Assembly (NCBI RefSeq): GCF_040938485.1
Contig: NW_027272282.1
Span: 682,001-746,000, forward strand
Direction of reading: 5' to 3'
Origin: Diadema antillarum
Taxonomy: Eukaryota
Length of the DNA stretch: 64,000 bases
In this document: piece after piece, positions 49,003 through 63,165 of the stretch
Numbering within the stretch: position 1 is the first letter of the stretch
Layout of the letters: every line of letters begins with the position of its first letter
The notes under the pieces: generated by a model
The model's database searches: none
What the model saw: only the letters and a program-made list of their open reading frames with translations
What the model was told of the DNA's origin: nothing
Program-made: the position numbers and the translations under genes

Positions 49003-52000
49003 TATTATAGTCCTCAACTCACATGTGTGAATGCACAGTGTAACTTGAACAGGTTATGGAGTCAAGGAGTATTGCCAATCCACAGATACTGAGTCAAACT
49101 CGCCGGCAATCTGATCCTAGCAGTCTTGCAATGCCAGCACTGAATGGTGTACGATATGGAATGAATCTTTTTAATTGTATGAACTCACACAGGTTTTTTG
49201 TATTCTTAGGCCAAAGAGACCTTTTGTAAATGATTCTATCCCTATCCTTTCAATATCTTGATTCACTAAAATTACTTGATCCCGATAGCTCAGAATCAGT
49301 GTCTTTAACTGCTTGTTAAGAGTCGTTGAACAACTTCAAATATCATCACAGTGGTACAATAGATTTTGCTTTGTTTAAGCAGGCTCTTTCATTGAAATTT
49401 CGGAAGCTGAATAAGCTTTAAATAGGATGATGATGATGATGCTACATCATATTGTGTTCTCCAAGCTTTATCACCATCAGCAATATTCACATTTCTTCTC
49501 TCTCAAGCTTGTAATTAGGAAGAACTGTGATCAGTTTCAGTAGCTGTTGTGTTCTGCCTTTGGCCAGATACTCTGCACTGAGAATCAGGAATTTATTTTT
49601 AGTGTGAATGCACCCAAATAATGGAAATCACTGGTGAGTAAAGGTGTGTGCTAAGGTTTGCACAAGAGCTGTATTTAAATGTTCTAAAAGCACATAAATG
49701 TAGCAGCCAAACAAGTGCATATGAAGTTGACTTGCTAAGGTGCTGAGCATTGTTTAGTATTATCATGGGCAAAGACTTTGTAAAATGAAGATGCTATACT
49801 GATTTTGTAAACTGCGTTGTGATCACATGTGTATTATATGCGGACAGGGATACTAGTAATATCTCAACTCCTGCCAACTATTTCTCCACCGAGAGAGCCA
49901 AATATCACGCAAGATCATCCTGTATATAAGCAAACATTATCACCTACCATAAAGAGAGAATTGATACTTGGAAGTGATGAGAATTTTTTTTGATGTCGGA
50001 AAAATTGTACTTGGTGTCAATGATGTCACTCCATTATTCATATATTCTAGTGCCAAGCATTCACAGCTCTGTGGCATAGAGAAAATTAATTTCGCTGGTA
50101 ATTCTGGAAAGACTTGTGAAGTCCAAAGTGCAAGATTTTAGTAGTGTATAGTTAAGTATGTTTGTCATGTTTGACTGTGACAAGTCAGTGCCAGGGCCAT
50201 TATAAACAGGTTTAGCTTGTGAGATACACATTCACTGTAAGTGTTTCAAACTTCAAGAAACACTTGCTGTTACGTATATGTACTAGCTCCTTTTTACAGA
50301 TATCTGAAAGTGAAGGGAGAATGTGGCCCAAGGAATGAGTTTTCTTATTTGTCAACTATCATGCAAGAATTTGAGCTGAACTGAAGACTATCATATATCT
50401 AATGTTCTAGCTTGATGTTGTTGGTATCTAAAGGTCAAAGATGAATATGTCCATATGAGAGAGGGTTTTTTTTTTTGTATTAAAATCCGCTTGTCACACA
50501 AAGCAGTGGGTCAGTAAAAATCGCAACAAAACTGGTCAAAAAAAGTGGAGAAAAGAATGACCAGTCTAATTCCAGTACATAATGTCATATTATATTCTAT
50601 GTGTCATTCAAAGTAGCTGCCTTGGTCATGGGACTTTCATTTTAAAATTCTCAGAATTTGTATGAAGATAATAATTTTCCTCAATCAGGAAAGATCCATT
50701 AGAATGTGATGTCATAAGATACTTTTTCATCTAGCCTGACAGAGACAATTGAATTATTCTAAAAGAAGCTAATTTGATGATATATCATGTATTGAACAAA
50801 CAAGAGTATTGCACAACAGCATCATTGTAATCACACGAGGAAAACATAATTTTTTTCCAGGTTTTTGGTTCAGAGCATGTGAGTTTACTAGCCAACATTT
50901 AAAAGTGGTTTTAAGTTTCACTTCTTGTTGCAATGTCTTGCAAAGTTTAATCTAGATCTAGCTTTATTAAGCCAAGCTTTCATCTATAATAACATGATGA
51001 TGATGTCATTGCGGCAATGTTTTTCTTTTATTTCCCTTCTAGTGTGGCCTCATATATAAAAATTTTTTAGTTTGGTGTACTATCAAGTGATATTCAACAA
51101 ATATGTTTGGATAGAGAACGTAGCTGTTAATTTATCCTGACAGAGATTGTTTGGGAGTATGCATCAAAATTCATTTCAAAAACTCTTTGGAAGTAAAATG
51201 AATAGTAATATCCTCCTGAACATCTTACTCTGAAAGAATTGTGTTATTCTTGTTTGTCCATTGTGTCTTTGTCTTTGTAGGCCAATAAATTGTCAATTCT
51301 TCAAAAGTGTGCAAGTAAACTTGTATTAGAATTGCTTGCACCCTTGGTTATTTGTGACCCTGCACCTCAAAACAAACAAAAAGTCGCCAGACATGAATTT
51401 TTAGTTAAGACCATATTCTGAAAGAGCAGACTTTAAGCTTTAAGATGATGTATAACTCAAATCAAGTGGACTCTCCTAACCTATCTGAATATTGGAAAGA
51501 AAGCACAAACTCAGGAAAAGTGTGAACTGAGAAAAGAGGCTCTGAAGTACAGTGTCTATTCAAGCGCTTAATCTTTACCAAACCGTGCTGGCTGTGCGAT
51601 GAATGGGACAAAAAACAGGCAGTTAACAACCAGAATAACAACAATGAAGGGATTATCAGATCAAATTGAAATTGAGCATGCCTCATTAAAACATTCTGTC
51701 CATAATTAATGCCAACTTTCAAAGCAGTAGCATTATCCTTTCAAAAGTTATTAGAGTTGAAAGTGAAGAGTGTGGACAAGGTTTTTCAGAAATGAAAAGG
51801 AATATATCCTATTCACACTATTCTACCAAAAATGTTCGAGATAAACTGCTAAAAAAACACACTTTCCCGCCCGTTTTATGATACCAAATTTTAGCATAAT
51901 GTAAAAGAAGACCCGCTCTTTCAGAAAATATGAAAAAGTCAAGTTCGGCTAGGTTGACCCATTTCACTTATTTTCAGTCCTCACGCCAAATCAGTGTGTG

Positions 52001-52208
52001 CGACTTTATGTTCGTTTTGAGGTGCACGGTCACATTTATGATCATCACTTTAGAAGTTGCTGTAGTGGGTAGGACATGGAAAAAACATGAATTGGTTGCT
52101 AAGCTTTCATCACTTTTTTTTTCTGCAAGATGGATGAAAGGTTGGACATTTGCAAAGGTTAGGCTTTTGTTAGTCTTGTCCATTACCCTCATCCGCATCT
52201 GTAGACTC

Positions 52209-52377
52209 ACTGTAAAACCAGAAATTTTTGCACACATGTTAATTTCACAAATTTTGGCTAGAGCCAAGATTTGCAAAATTAAAATGCAAGCAAAAGTTCT
52301 TGTTTATAATAGATGCATTGAATGCCAGTGGCAAGTCGTTGAAATTTCATACAGCGAATATTTCTTGTTTCACAGTA
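52209..52377. mobile_element. ACTGTA-family MITE
   Basis: ACTGTAAAACCAGAAATT...GTTTCACAGTA. Confidence 0.65.
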
Positions 52378-53515
52378 TATAGTCTTATATTCAGCTTTCC
52401 TTGAGTAACTTTTATTTGCAATCCCGTTTGGAGCTAAAACTGCAACTCAGCATTGACTTTTTTCCCCCTTTTTTTATCTGCAACAAAGTTGTTTTGGGTT
52501 GAGTTTATTGAAAATGCAATACCAAAGGTAAATGGAGGTTGTTTTTATTGTCTCTGAACCAGACAACCTAATGAGAAATCTCATACATGCCAAAAACAAC
52601 GATTATGAGGCAGCGGTCAATACAGTGTACATACAGTTTTAATTCATTTTGAGAAAAACAAAAATCCTTTAAAAAATCTTTTAATGTTTGTGTCACACTT
52701 GTGTTGTTTTAGGATATTTTTTTTTCTTCCATTACCAAGGGGGAAGTCATGAGTACGCTTTTGTGGTTCTTCAAGGTGGCAAAGGATATTCGTTTCATAT
52801 TTTCTGTGTATTGTTTCAGAATTATTTAGCCACTAGATTTTACTTTAAAAAAGTATCTTCAGAAGGAATCAACATGACGTGAACTCTGTTAGTGTTTCTC
52901 TTAGAGTTTGTGTTCTACTATAATGGTTTCTTTTGTGTAGATATCTGCATTTGCAATGATAACAAAAGAGCCACTGACTGGGAATGTTATTAAATTCTCG
53001 ACTGTACATTACAGTTGAGAGAACTGCAACACATGTGTGTTTGTGTGATTTTTTTTCTTCACTGTATAAAAAAATAGTGCCACAACGTGAGTGTGATGTG
53101 TACTTAGGATGCATTTTTCATCATGCTTTGTTTGTTTGTTTGTTTTTTTATTCTCCTGTTTGATTAAATATGATAATATAAGTGTGAGGTGTTTCATCAT
53201 TCTCTTGGCAAAGTAAAGAGAGAGAAAGAAAGAGAGAGAGGAATAATGTGTCATGAAGGAGACATTCATTTACAACCCAGTAAAAGAGGAATTTTTGCAC
53301 ATTTCGCTCAACCAGAAGCTAGCGTGAAAATAAAAGTGCACAAATATTTTTGCGTGCCATATGTTCTAGTAGTTAATGTCCTGATTCCACAGAATTAAAA
53401 ACACACAAGAATTCTCGAAATTCATCTTACCCGGGTAAGCATGAAAAATTACTCATGGGGAAAATCTCCATTTTTACATAATATGTAGCTGGAAACTACT
53501 GAGATCTCCTTTTAA

Positions 53516-53930
53516 AGGGGCATTCCAGATGATTTTCATAATTTCACATCATGTAGTACATAAATCACCAGCTCCATATAAAGATTTGTGGACTTTATTG
53601 TGGTCCTTGAGCAGAGAAACCTATACTATGAAAAATCTCAAACAAATTACACTGAACAGTGTTGATGACAAAGGAGCCTCGCATGTTTCAGAAATGTAGC
53701 AGTGTAAATCCATTACAATACCGCTTGTTAACAAGTTCACCTGTGTGAAATCTATGCATGCCTTCTTCTTTTATTCTGCTTCCTTGAACCCCAACTCATG
53801 CATTCTTATGGTGAGGCTGTCATGTTATCATCTTTGTTCATTGCAATTTGTTATACAATGTACACTTTGGAAACATTCTCATTCCTCACCTCAATCACTC
53901 TAAATTCTGAAAACCATGTGGAGGTCTCCT
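53516..53930. mobile_element. Kolobok-like MITE
   Basis: TTAA|AGGGGCATTCCAGATGATTTTCA ... TGAAAACCATGTGGAGGTCTCCT|TTAA. Confidence 0.65.
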
Positions 53931-54153
53931 TTAATAGAAAAGGAGTGGTTGAATTCAAGGATCCATAGGGAAAAGAGGCTGGTATATTACAAAACCTCAT
54001 AGCAGTCCGATAGGACAATGATTCAAGAAAGATTACACCTTCATCTTTGCTGTTTAATAGTTTTTGTTTATTTTGGTGTTTCTTTTTTTGAGTGAGTCAC
54101 AAACAAAAGATGCCTGGTGCCTTGTTTAAGTGTGAAAAAGAAAAGTGCTGTTT

Positions 54154-54299
54154 NNNNNNNNNNNNNNNNNNNNNNNNNNNNNNNNNNNNNNNNNNNNNNN
54201 NNNNNNNNNNNNNNNNNNNNNNNNNNNNNNNNNNNNNNNNNNNNNNNNNNNNNNNNNNNNNNNNNNNNNNNNNNNNNNNNNNNNNNNNNNNNNNNNNNN
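54154..54299. other. N block (146 nt)
   Basis: Run of N. Confidence 0.99.
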
Positions 54300-55274
54300 T
54301 GTTACATCATACACAAAAGGATGTTATTGCGCACTAGTCTAATTGTGTGATAGCTGTACAAAGCCTGCTTAGATCTCACAATCCAGTAAGGAATGGATTA
54401 AAGGAACAAACATACCATACTGACTGATTTGAAGTGGAACTTGAATTTCAAGAGGAAACAAAAAATGACACAGGACACTTGACAATGGATGCTTATCCTG
54501 TCAGCCATGTTAAGATTTAAGATGGCTGCCTATATCTCAGGATGCTTCATATATTTCATAGATTTGAATTTACACATACTCCGAGTACATGATTTGACTC
54601 AAGTAAGTTTCAATGAGATTGACTGGGAAGAGGGATTGAAGATATGTCCCATCGAAAACAATTATCAAGAACTCTAGGGAGAAACAGTTGGTGGCTTCAA
54701 GTTGTGATAATGATCCTTTTCATGCTGCTGATATGAACCATTATTTCATAGACCTAGTACCGGTATATATTTGCTTATTATCATCAAATATTTGATAGAA
54801 AAGACTTCATGTCTCATTTCAACCAAACATAGGAATATTAAAACATCACTACCTTAACAGACAAAATACATGGAAATTCAATTGTTCCCTATGTCCATGA
54901 TGAGTAGTTGTAGCAATCGCTCCTCAAATGATCGAGCTAAATCACATTACATATTGGAGTACCAGTTATCATTCTATTTGTCCGAGTTGGAAGAATGAAT
55001 TTAGAAAGCTTAGATTCAAGACAAAAAAATAAAATCAGGTTTTAGAATCATAATTTCAACAAAAAAAAAACATGACAAAGCAATTAAAAAATCATAATAT
55101 CTTACAATATCTAGGTTTGATAATGGTTTTTGGTTTTTGTCTTTTTTCTACTTACTTTTTACAGTGAAAGCTAGAGTTCATACTGAAGTTGTGGGAATAA
55201 TTATTATTCAGCAGCATCCAGTTCGAGCATTTTACTACAGAAGAAAACGAAAAGTATCTCTTTTGCCCCCACCC

Positions 55275-55305
<31 letters not shown>

Positions 55306-55598
55306 ACACAGACACACACACACTTTACGCAGTGAGTCGGAAGGAATTCGTCTGGCAGCTTATTGTCCGTGAGAAAAAGGTTTTTGGGTTTTCTGTCAGC
55401 AGCTGTGGATTTGTGACGTAATGATAACACAGTAAAAAGATTGGTGTCCTTTCTTACGGTTATGTTTATCGCAGACATTCAGCACCCCGTATCGAAAATC
55501 GTAGCAGCATCACAGGGTCATCTTACACTTGTACTTACTACAATAAACAACTGCTTATGTGTCTCTCTGCCCATACCCCTTGTTGATAATACGTCAAA

Positions 55599-58500
55599 AT
55601 GAGGAGAACTTCTTGGGGAAAAGCAAGGCGAAACAGCAAAATGCTGTTGCCACCTCTCAGCACTGGTTCCTCAACGAGTCTACGGTCAGTGGCAAATGCT
55701 TGTACGAGCTGCAAATTATCCAGCTGGGCCCTCGTTCTGTCGCTCCTGCTACAACTCGTATCGGGAGAACGCGAAGCTGTCATACGGGTGCAGCCCGGTG
55801 GAGCAGCTATCCAGGGGTCGTATGCGGGCAGTGGGCCGGATAGACTGAATGTCACTGGTGTCTTGAGAACGGTGAGATTAACTTGCGATTCTTGCACATA
55901 CGATGTTGCTTAAAAACATGGAAACAGTGCTTTGAAAGTGATGAATTCCATAGCCTTCAGAGTGACAATTAAGTAGTATTTGGATGCACAAAGCTTGTCA
56001 TGTCAGTATGCAATTCGTGATTAATTGCTTATTTTCATTTACTGACAATCAAGATATGGAGTCTAGTGCCCAAGCCACTTTGGATTGAGTCTGCTTAGAA
56101 ATGTGGGCAATCATGCACTTTATTTGATGGTCATAATGTGTTTGTTTCCCCTTTTTTCCAGATCACAAACAGTTGTGATCAAGAAGGTGATGTGGTATCA
56201 TATCACAGCGATGATGGTGACAATCAGGAGGAGAAGAGTGAAGAGGAAGAGGACTGGATCGGTATCTTCCATCTCCCTCCCCTGGAGGAACCAGCCGGAG
56301 CCCAAGGAGGAACAGGATGCTCACTGCTGGAGCAGGTTGCTTATTTTGTTGTTGTTGTAGTTGTTAAGAGCCTGGACATCATTCAAATTTGAATTATCCC
56401 AAAATATCCTATTTTATCCTAATTAAATCAAATAATTTACTTAGAATGATAGCTCGAACAAAACTAAATAAAAGTACTTTGTAAGCCAGATCATCATTCT
56501 TAGTCTCCATTAGAGGCATGACAAATCTGTTCATCATTACTTCCCCAGCCCAGTCATTTTAGACAGTCTGAGATTGCTCCAAATTGTCCAACCATTATAG
56601 CACAGGCAGCAAAGTATTTTTCAGGGTGGGGGATCAAGGTCATACTCATAGTAACCCCCGCTTAGGGAAGAATCTCGGGATGGAATCTTCGCCAAAGTAT
56701 GGGTGTTGAGATTTTATTCCGATTTATTTTGTTTTCTTCTTTCTTTCTTTTTTCGTCTGCTTCTTTTTTGACAAGTCAAAAAAGTGGGGGCTGTAGCCCA
56801 TATCCGCAAGCTTTAACCAAGATATATTTTTTTGGTTGTTTTTGTTTTGCATTAAAGCATGTTTTTAACCATTTCAGGACCACCAACCTAATATCCAGTT
56901 GACTTTATCAAGCATTTGTATAGCGAACATCTCGCCAACAGGATGGAAAGAGTATGTGCATCAGTAATGTGTGTTTGTTTTGTTATGTCTTGACCATTCT
57001 TATTGTGTAGACAGAGTTTTGTCAATGCTCAGTATGTCAAATTTCTGTGATTTATTACAGGTAAAACAGGCCATGTTATTTGGGGCTTCAGCTCTTCTCG
57101 TCCTGGCATTGAACCCTGGACTTTTCAAGGAGGTCAGTAGCTACAAAAAGGAATGGAATGCATTCATGTTTGCTGGTGTGTGTTGTTGTTTTCCTAAGAA
57201 TTTGGCTGTGTGATAGGCATGGCCGATGAGAGGAAAATACACTGAAGAAAAAAAAATCTTGCCACATAAGTTTTGACCTATTGTTGCTTACATACTGAGG
57301 TTCTTTCATAGAAACATAGCCATTCATTTGTCTCTCCAGGTGAAAGGAGAGGGAGGTCCTCCTCATTCCCCCATGAAAAAAAAAGAAAAAAAGAAGTTAA
57401 TGAAATAAAGGCAGAGTAGATTATTCAAGTCAGTTCCCTATAAAGGTGTGCAATCATGTCACAGCTCACTAAAACAAGACATTGGTACGAAGATTAAATT
57501 CCACATTGATTTGCACTCATGCTTTGAGATTCCTGTGTTGAAATCTTCATTGTGCAGGGAAACCTTGTTATAATGAACTTGGTCTACTCACATTTAAATT
57601 AGGTAGCTTGTTTTATCAGGGATAGAAATAAAAGAATATAAAAGAAATGGGACCTGCAAAATGCCTTGTTTGATATCAGGTATCCCACTAAATCTGACCT
57701 CATTTTAATGAGGTTCAACTGTACTTCACATACTTTATGATATATTCATGGAACAGTTATGCTTTTTGATTATTTGTCGGCAGTTTATTGGAAATACGTG
57801 ACCAAGTTTTGCATGTAATCTTCTCTTTTCCCAGATTGAATTGAATCTGACAACAGACACACCAATAATTCTCATCTCTGACCCAAGAGAAGTCAAAAAA
57901 TTTCAAAGAAGTGTTGATTTACGGTAAGTTTGTTTTGTCAGTATTTTCATACAAGATAGCTCAGTGTGTTACTCGATGATATTTTTAAGTGCTTTTTGGT
58001 TAGCTTTCAGTTGACACTGTTGCATGGTCCTTTTGTCGTTGGTGTGAAAAAAAAAAATTTAGGAGAACCTTTGTTATATCAGTGACTAGATAGATTGCAT
58101 GAATTATAGTAGAACACTGAATGCTGACTTTGTTATTGTATGTTTAAAAACATGGAATGCAAGGGTATTAAAGAATATGATATACTGTACCTAATGTGAT
58201 TTATTTCATTTTGCAGAAAAGGAAGACAGAAAGTCAGAATCACATCCAAACCAGAATCAACGGCCAAAACAAAAACAATAGTGAGTATTACCATGCTCTT
58301 CATATTGCTTGTGCTGTCCTACTTTAGACACATAGCAATGAAATCAGTAGGTTGGGACATGTTACAATTCAAACTCGTGAAAGTTACATATTTATAAAAT
58401 AACAAGAGCATATTGCTCTTGGGGCAACAAACCTTGTATCTAAAAATAATTTTGAACATTCAGGAGAGAGAAAAAATAGCAACCAAAGCACTTTAACAAA

Positions 58501-61500
58501 ATGGATTGCTTTTCCTTTATATTTGGGGTGAGACAGCCTGGATTCAGTCAGGACAGTAATTGATTATCTTATGATTGATTTTTTTTTTAAAGTCATTTTT
58601 GCCAAAATTTGAGAAACAAAGTCCTGTCACCCCATTGAGAGAATGTGTTACATTTAGTACTTACAGTTTCGAGTGTAAAGAGCGCAATAGTCATCATATT
58701 GAATTATCCTGAATATTTGTATTTTGGGTTTTAGAAATCATGATTTCACTATCTCATGTGGCAATGCTTATCTATTCATTATGTAGGCCCTCTTATTCAA
58801 GATCTGTTTCTTGTTCTATCTGTCCTGTTTATATATTTTGTCTGTTTGTTTGTTCTATGAAATGTAGTCTGCTCCAAAGCTGACCTTGTGGTCGACCTGT
58901 GGTCGTTCAAGTGGAGGCAGTAAATTCAAGGAGTGGGAAGGCACAGTCTGCCTGGACCCACTGCATGCTTCGGCTGAGGTACGAGAGCTGTGTAGTTTAC
59001 TCTTGAATAGAGAGTGTGCTGGGTGTTGTACAGTCAAAATCAGTCTGTGAGCAATATTATTATTACATGTGGGACCCATTTCATAAAGCAGTTTGTAAGT
59101 ATACTACAGTGCACTCCCGTTATAACGAAATGCTCGGGACCGGCAGTTTTCTTTCGTTATAAAGAAATTTCGTTATAACCGAACAAATACAATATATAAC
59201 GAAAACAAGGAATCACGTATATATATCATATTATGTTTGGTGAATACTCATCATATACTGGAAAGCTATGTGAAATGTGATGGGATAACTGTATTACAAT
59301 AATAAATGCAAGTTCCCCTCAGAAACTGTGCGTGACACAAGGAGCGAACACACAGTGGTGTGAAGCGTTCACCCATGCAGAGACGCTATAAATGCTTGTT
59401 CCGCTATGTATTTTCGAAAGCAATTCGCATTTCGTTATAACAGAGCACATTTCTTTTGTTTTTCTTTGTCTGTGGCGCTCGGAAAAGACTTCATTATAAT
59501 GGAAATTTCGCTATAACCGTGTTCATAATAAGCGAATTTTGTACCATAGACTTTAATGGTGATAATTTTGGGACCAGAAGATTTACTTCGTTATAACGAA
59601 ATTTCGTAATAACCGTGTTCGTTGTAACGGGAGTGCACTGTACAAGTATCACAGTCATAATTGTCAGAGTTACTGTGACATATGGCTAGGAACTAACCAA
59701 TCAGTTTTGAGTATTGACGTTGCCATGGGCAACTGCCATCATTGAAAATTTTTATAAAGTAAAAACATCTATGAAGTGCACCTTTGATGTTGACTGAGTC
59801 CTTTTTGCTTTTGTTTTATTTTTTTAAAGTGAAAATGTATAGTAAAATCTATCACTTTTTGTTATCACGTAGAGGAAGACACTTTGCAGTGTGTGTGGAA
59901 GAGAGATGCAGCCAAAAAAAAAAGTCACTGCAAGATCAGACTTCTGACAAATACACTATACATGTATATGTGGTTCTTTTTTAAAGTGTTCATATTTTTT
60001 TCATAGTTTTGTGATTTGTAAGTTTGTGTATGGTACTCCAGTGAGTAACATACATGGAAGTTTGTTCATTCATTGTTACTTGGAATATAACTGAGTGAGG
60101 GCTTTTTTTTGTGTGTGTATTCATTTTTCACTTAACAATGTTAAGGGATTTAGAGATTCCAAGAATTAGCAAAATGCTTTTTCTTTTGCTTTGTTTTTAT
60201 TGCTTAAAAATGTAAGTTCTGTATTCAGTTTGTTCAAAAGAAATTAATTCTCTGGTCATAAAGGATTTATAGACACAGAATGTCCTTGAGATGTATTGTG
60301 ACAAAGAGTTATGAAGGGCATGTGGCGTATGTGATATTTTGTGGAAAGAAGGCACAAGGTGTTCTTCAGATTTTAACAATTTTACTTTGTCTAATTTTTT
60401 TTTTCATGTACCCTTTAATGGCATGATGTTTAATCTTCAGGTCAAATGGTAAAAATTATTATGGTATTGTATAGTGATTTAAATTACCTTTTATTGGCTC
60501 TGATAAGGCAACCTATAAATTCAAATATGAATTATTTGCTTTTCCTTTTTTTTTTCTTTTTTTCTTTTTTTTTGGAAGGGGGGGATGGTGGTGGGGCTGA
60601 GAGAATATAAAAGTTGATATGTTTATGTTCCAGCAGTGCTTAGACCTATAATTACCAGAAGACGAGACTGACAGTGTGGAGATGATTTTCAGGCAAACTC
60701 TTGAAATAACTCCCTATGGTCTCCTTTTGTCTTCATTTCAGCATGGATTTGGTTGGATATGGCGTAGTCTGGTATCCCTTGCTGTTGGTTTCTATATCGT
60801 CAATGTGTTTCTAGGAAGAATACAGGTCCAGCACCTTGGGCAAAACAATCATGAAGATTTAGAGGCGAGTACTCATATTTCAATTAATCAAACTTTACAG
60901 AGACTTACATTCTACAGAAAAAAGAGTAAACTTTCATGAAAATGTGACATGCTGACCAAACAAGGACCACTGAGGTTAACATGTTGGCATTCAAATGAGT
61001 ATATGTACTTAAACCCCAGCAGCAGCTAGTTTACAAACTTTAGATTGTGTTTCCTAATAAATGATACATGTATACTACATGTCTATGGAGTTATTATGTT
61101 TATGCAATTGTCTTCCATGATGCTATTAGTGGTTTGACATGTCATGGAAAGTATAGCAACAAGATGGGTCAGGTTCAAATATTTGCAGTGTTTTACACAT
61201 GTACTTTCATGTTAAAATTGAAGATCTGGTAATTCACTCCCTGTTTGTATCCCAACATTATAGTAACTATGATGGTAATAGTTCTAATCATCATTGTATA
61301 TGAAAGAGACAACAATACTACTAAGTATAAAAGTGTCATAATCTATATGTTTTGATTGACAGCTTCAGCATGTAAAATGCTCTGGTAAAGACAACCTGTC
61401 AAAATATGTTCTGTTCTCGCATGATATGTGCAGGGGTCACTACGGAGGTTAGCCGAACAGGCGATGTCCCGTATGCCGGTCTGGAAGTACAAGAGGAAGC

Positions 61501-62990
61501 GTTACCAGCAGTCCTCAGAGTCACCTGACAGTTGTGCGGTGTGCCTGGACGAATTCCACAAGGGGCAAGTGAGTGTGATGCATTCATGTCATGTGATATA
61601 CTGTATATGCCATATATTTAGCGAGTCTGATTTTTCGTGAATCCGGACTTCCCGACAATTTCGCGAGTGGTTAAATTGGCGAATGTGGAGTACAGTACTG
61701 AGCGGAGAAATGTATGCATGCATGTCACATTCATGCCGGGATCAGAGTTGATATTTTCGCATGCCTTTGAATTTGCGAATAGCACCCGACTCATGAAATT
61801 CGCGAAAATAAAAATCTCTTGAAATATTTGGAGTATACAGTACTCAAATCGTGTGATATATCAGAATCATAGAGCCCCTAGCCTTATGTAAAGGTACTGT
61901 GGTTGAGTGGATGAGAATCCAGATCTGTTAACTTCTGGAAGGTCCTGGGTCCACATCCTGTCCAGAGCATACACCTTTAAAAGAGATCTGATACTCATTC
62001 CATCTCCATTGACACATAGTTAATATACCTGGCATTGCTGAGGTAATGATAAAGCCAGAATACCAGGTGGAAGAAGAGTGCTGACATTGTCTATACGTAG
62101 TAGTAGTGGTAAAACAAAAAGAGTATAATTAGCATTGTAGTAGTAGAAGTAGGAGTAATAATAATAGAATGATAGTAATAATGATATCAATTAAGATGAT
62201 AATACAGTACACTCCCGTTGTAATGAACATGATTATAACGAAATTCTGGTTCCAATGAAGTAAAAATTCAGACCGCAATACATTGTATTATCCATTTTAT
62301 GTCTTTTGTTGTTCATTTGTTAGGTTATAACCAAATTTCGATACAACAAAAGAAAATTGCCTGTCCCAAGAACGTCATTGTAACAGGAATCCCCTGTAAT
62401 AATGAGTTAGAGTTGTTATTATAATAATGACACTAATATCAATCATAATAGTAGTTATCATCATCATTATCATCATCAACAACTACATCAGTGTTACACA
62501 TGCCTTTTCCCCACTCTTTGGGGTTATGTGTTTGATTTCCTCCATGGCCATGGCGTGATCTCCACCTTGATGACCTTGATGAAGTGAGACCAGGATATGC
62601 CACACTTAGTGTGTATTACCCAAATTTCCACGGAAAATAGGAACTTTTTCACCCCAATTCCCTTTGTGATATCAATTTACTGGAGCCTCATTATAATGAG
62701 GTCGGACATTGCAAGATACCTGATTGTGATGATAAACGGTAATTTTGCAACTTCCACTCCTTTTTTTTCCCTTTGCTTTTATCCCTGATATAACAAGGTA
62801 TATGAAAAAACAAGGGAATTTCCATGATCCCAAGCAGCTCATTCTAATGAAGTTCCCCTGTATTTTGTTTTGGCAGACCATTCGGATGCTCCCCTGCCAC
62901 CACCAGTTCCACAACAAGTGTGTCGAATCCTGGCTGCGGAATAAGAGGACCTGTCCCTTGTGCAAACTTGACATCGTTGGTAAGAGTTAA
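55599..62990 (+). CDS. RNF215: RING finger protein 215-like PA-TM-RING-H2 E3 ubiquitin ligase, 9 exons (about 384 aa; last exon uncertain)
   Basis: Exons: 55599-55871, 56162-56335, 57061-57132, 57835-57923, 58217-58280, 58868-58978, 60742-60864 (GC donor), 61434-61568, 62877-62990; 1155 nt in frame. Signal-like '[14 protein letters not shown]'; '[18 protein letters not shown]' and 'LTLWSTCG' match RNF215 (RRALFLGASALLLLILN; LTLWTTCG); TM '[19 protein letters not shown]'; RING-H2 CAVC...CHHQFHNKC...CPLC. Confidence 0.88.
59107..59640. mobile_element. Tigger/pogo-like MITE
   Basis: TA|CAGTGCACTCCCGTTATAACGAA ... TTCGTTGTAACGGGAGTGCACTG|TA. Related older copies at about 62206-62398 and 63779-64000. 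Confidence 0.85.
61599..61842. mobile_element. ACTGTA-family MITE
   Basis: TACTGTATATGCC...GAGTATACAGTA with TTCGCGA motifs. Confidence 0.65.
61893..62060 (+). mobile_element. Degenerate tRNA-derived SINE
   Basis: A-box-like TGGTTGAGTGG (61900-10) and B-box-like GGGTCCACATCC (61947-58) at tRNA-like spacing; no intact cloverleaf. Confidence 0.4.
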
Positions 62991-63165
62991 ATGATTTTCT
63001 TACGATGTTGCCTCTGTGCTTGATAGTAAACTGCAAAGCATGTGTCAGATATCAGTGGTGGATCCAGAGGGCAGTGCACCGGGCGCGCAACCCCTCTTTA
63101 TTACTGGTTAAAACAAAAGACCTAAATAGAAAAAAATTCCCAGTAGAGTATATTATTATAGTAGC

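Noticed and set aside
49056-49229. ORF starting MESR, resembling the NIPSNAP C-terminal 'EMESR'
   Set aside because: Similarity stops after four residues; the true last exon is at 47785-47849.
51930-52382. 150-aa and 100-aa overlapping ORFs
   Set aside because: Span MITE and repeat fragments; no transposase or other motifs.
61893-61965. Possible tRNA gene
   Set aside because: The B box is degenerate and no acceptor or anticodon stems form; better explained as a SINE head.
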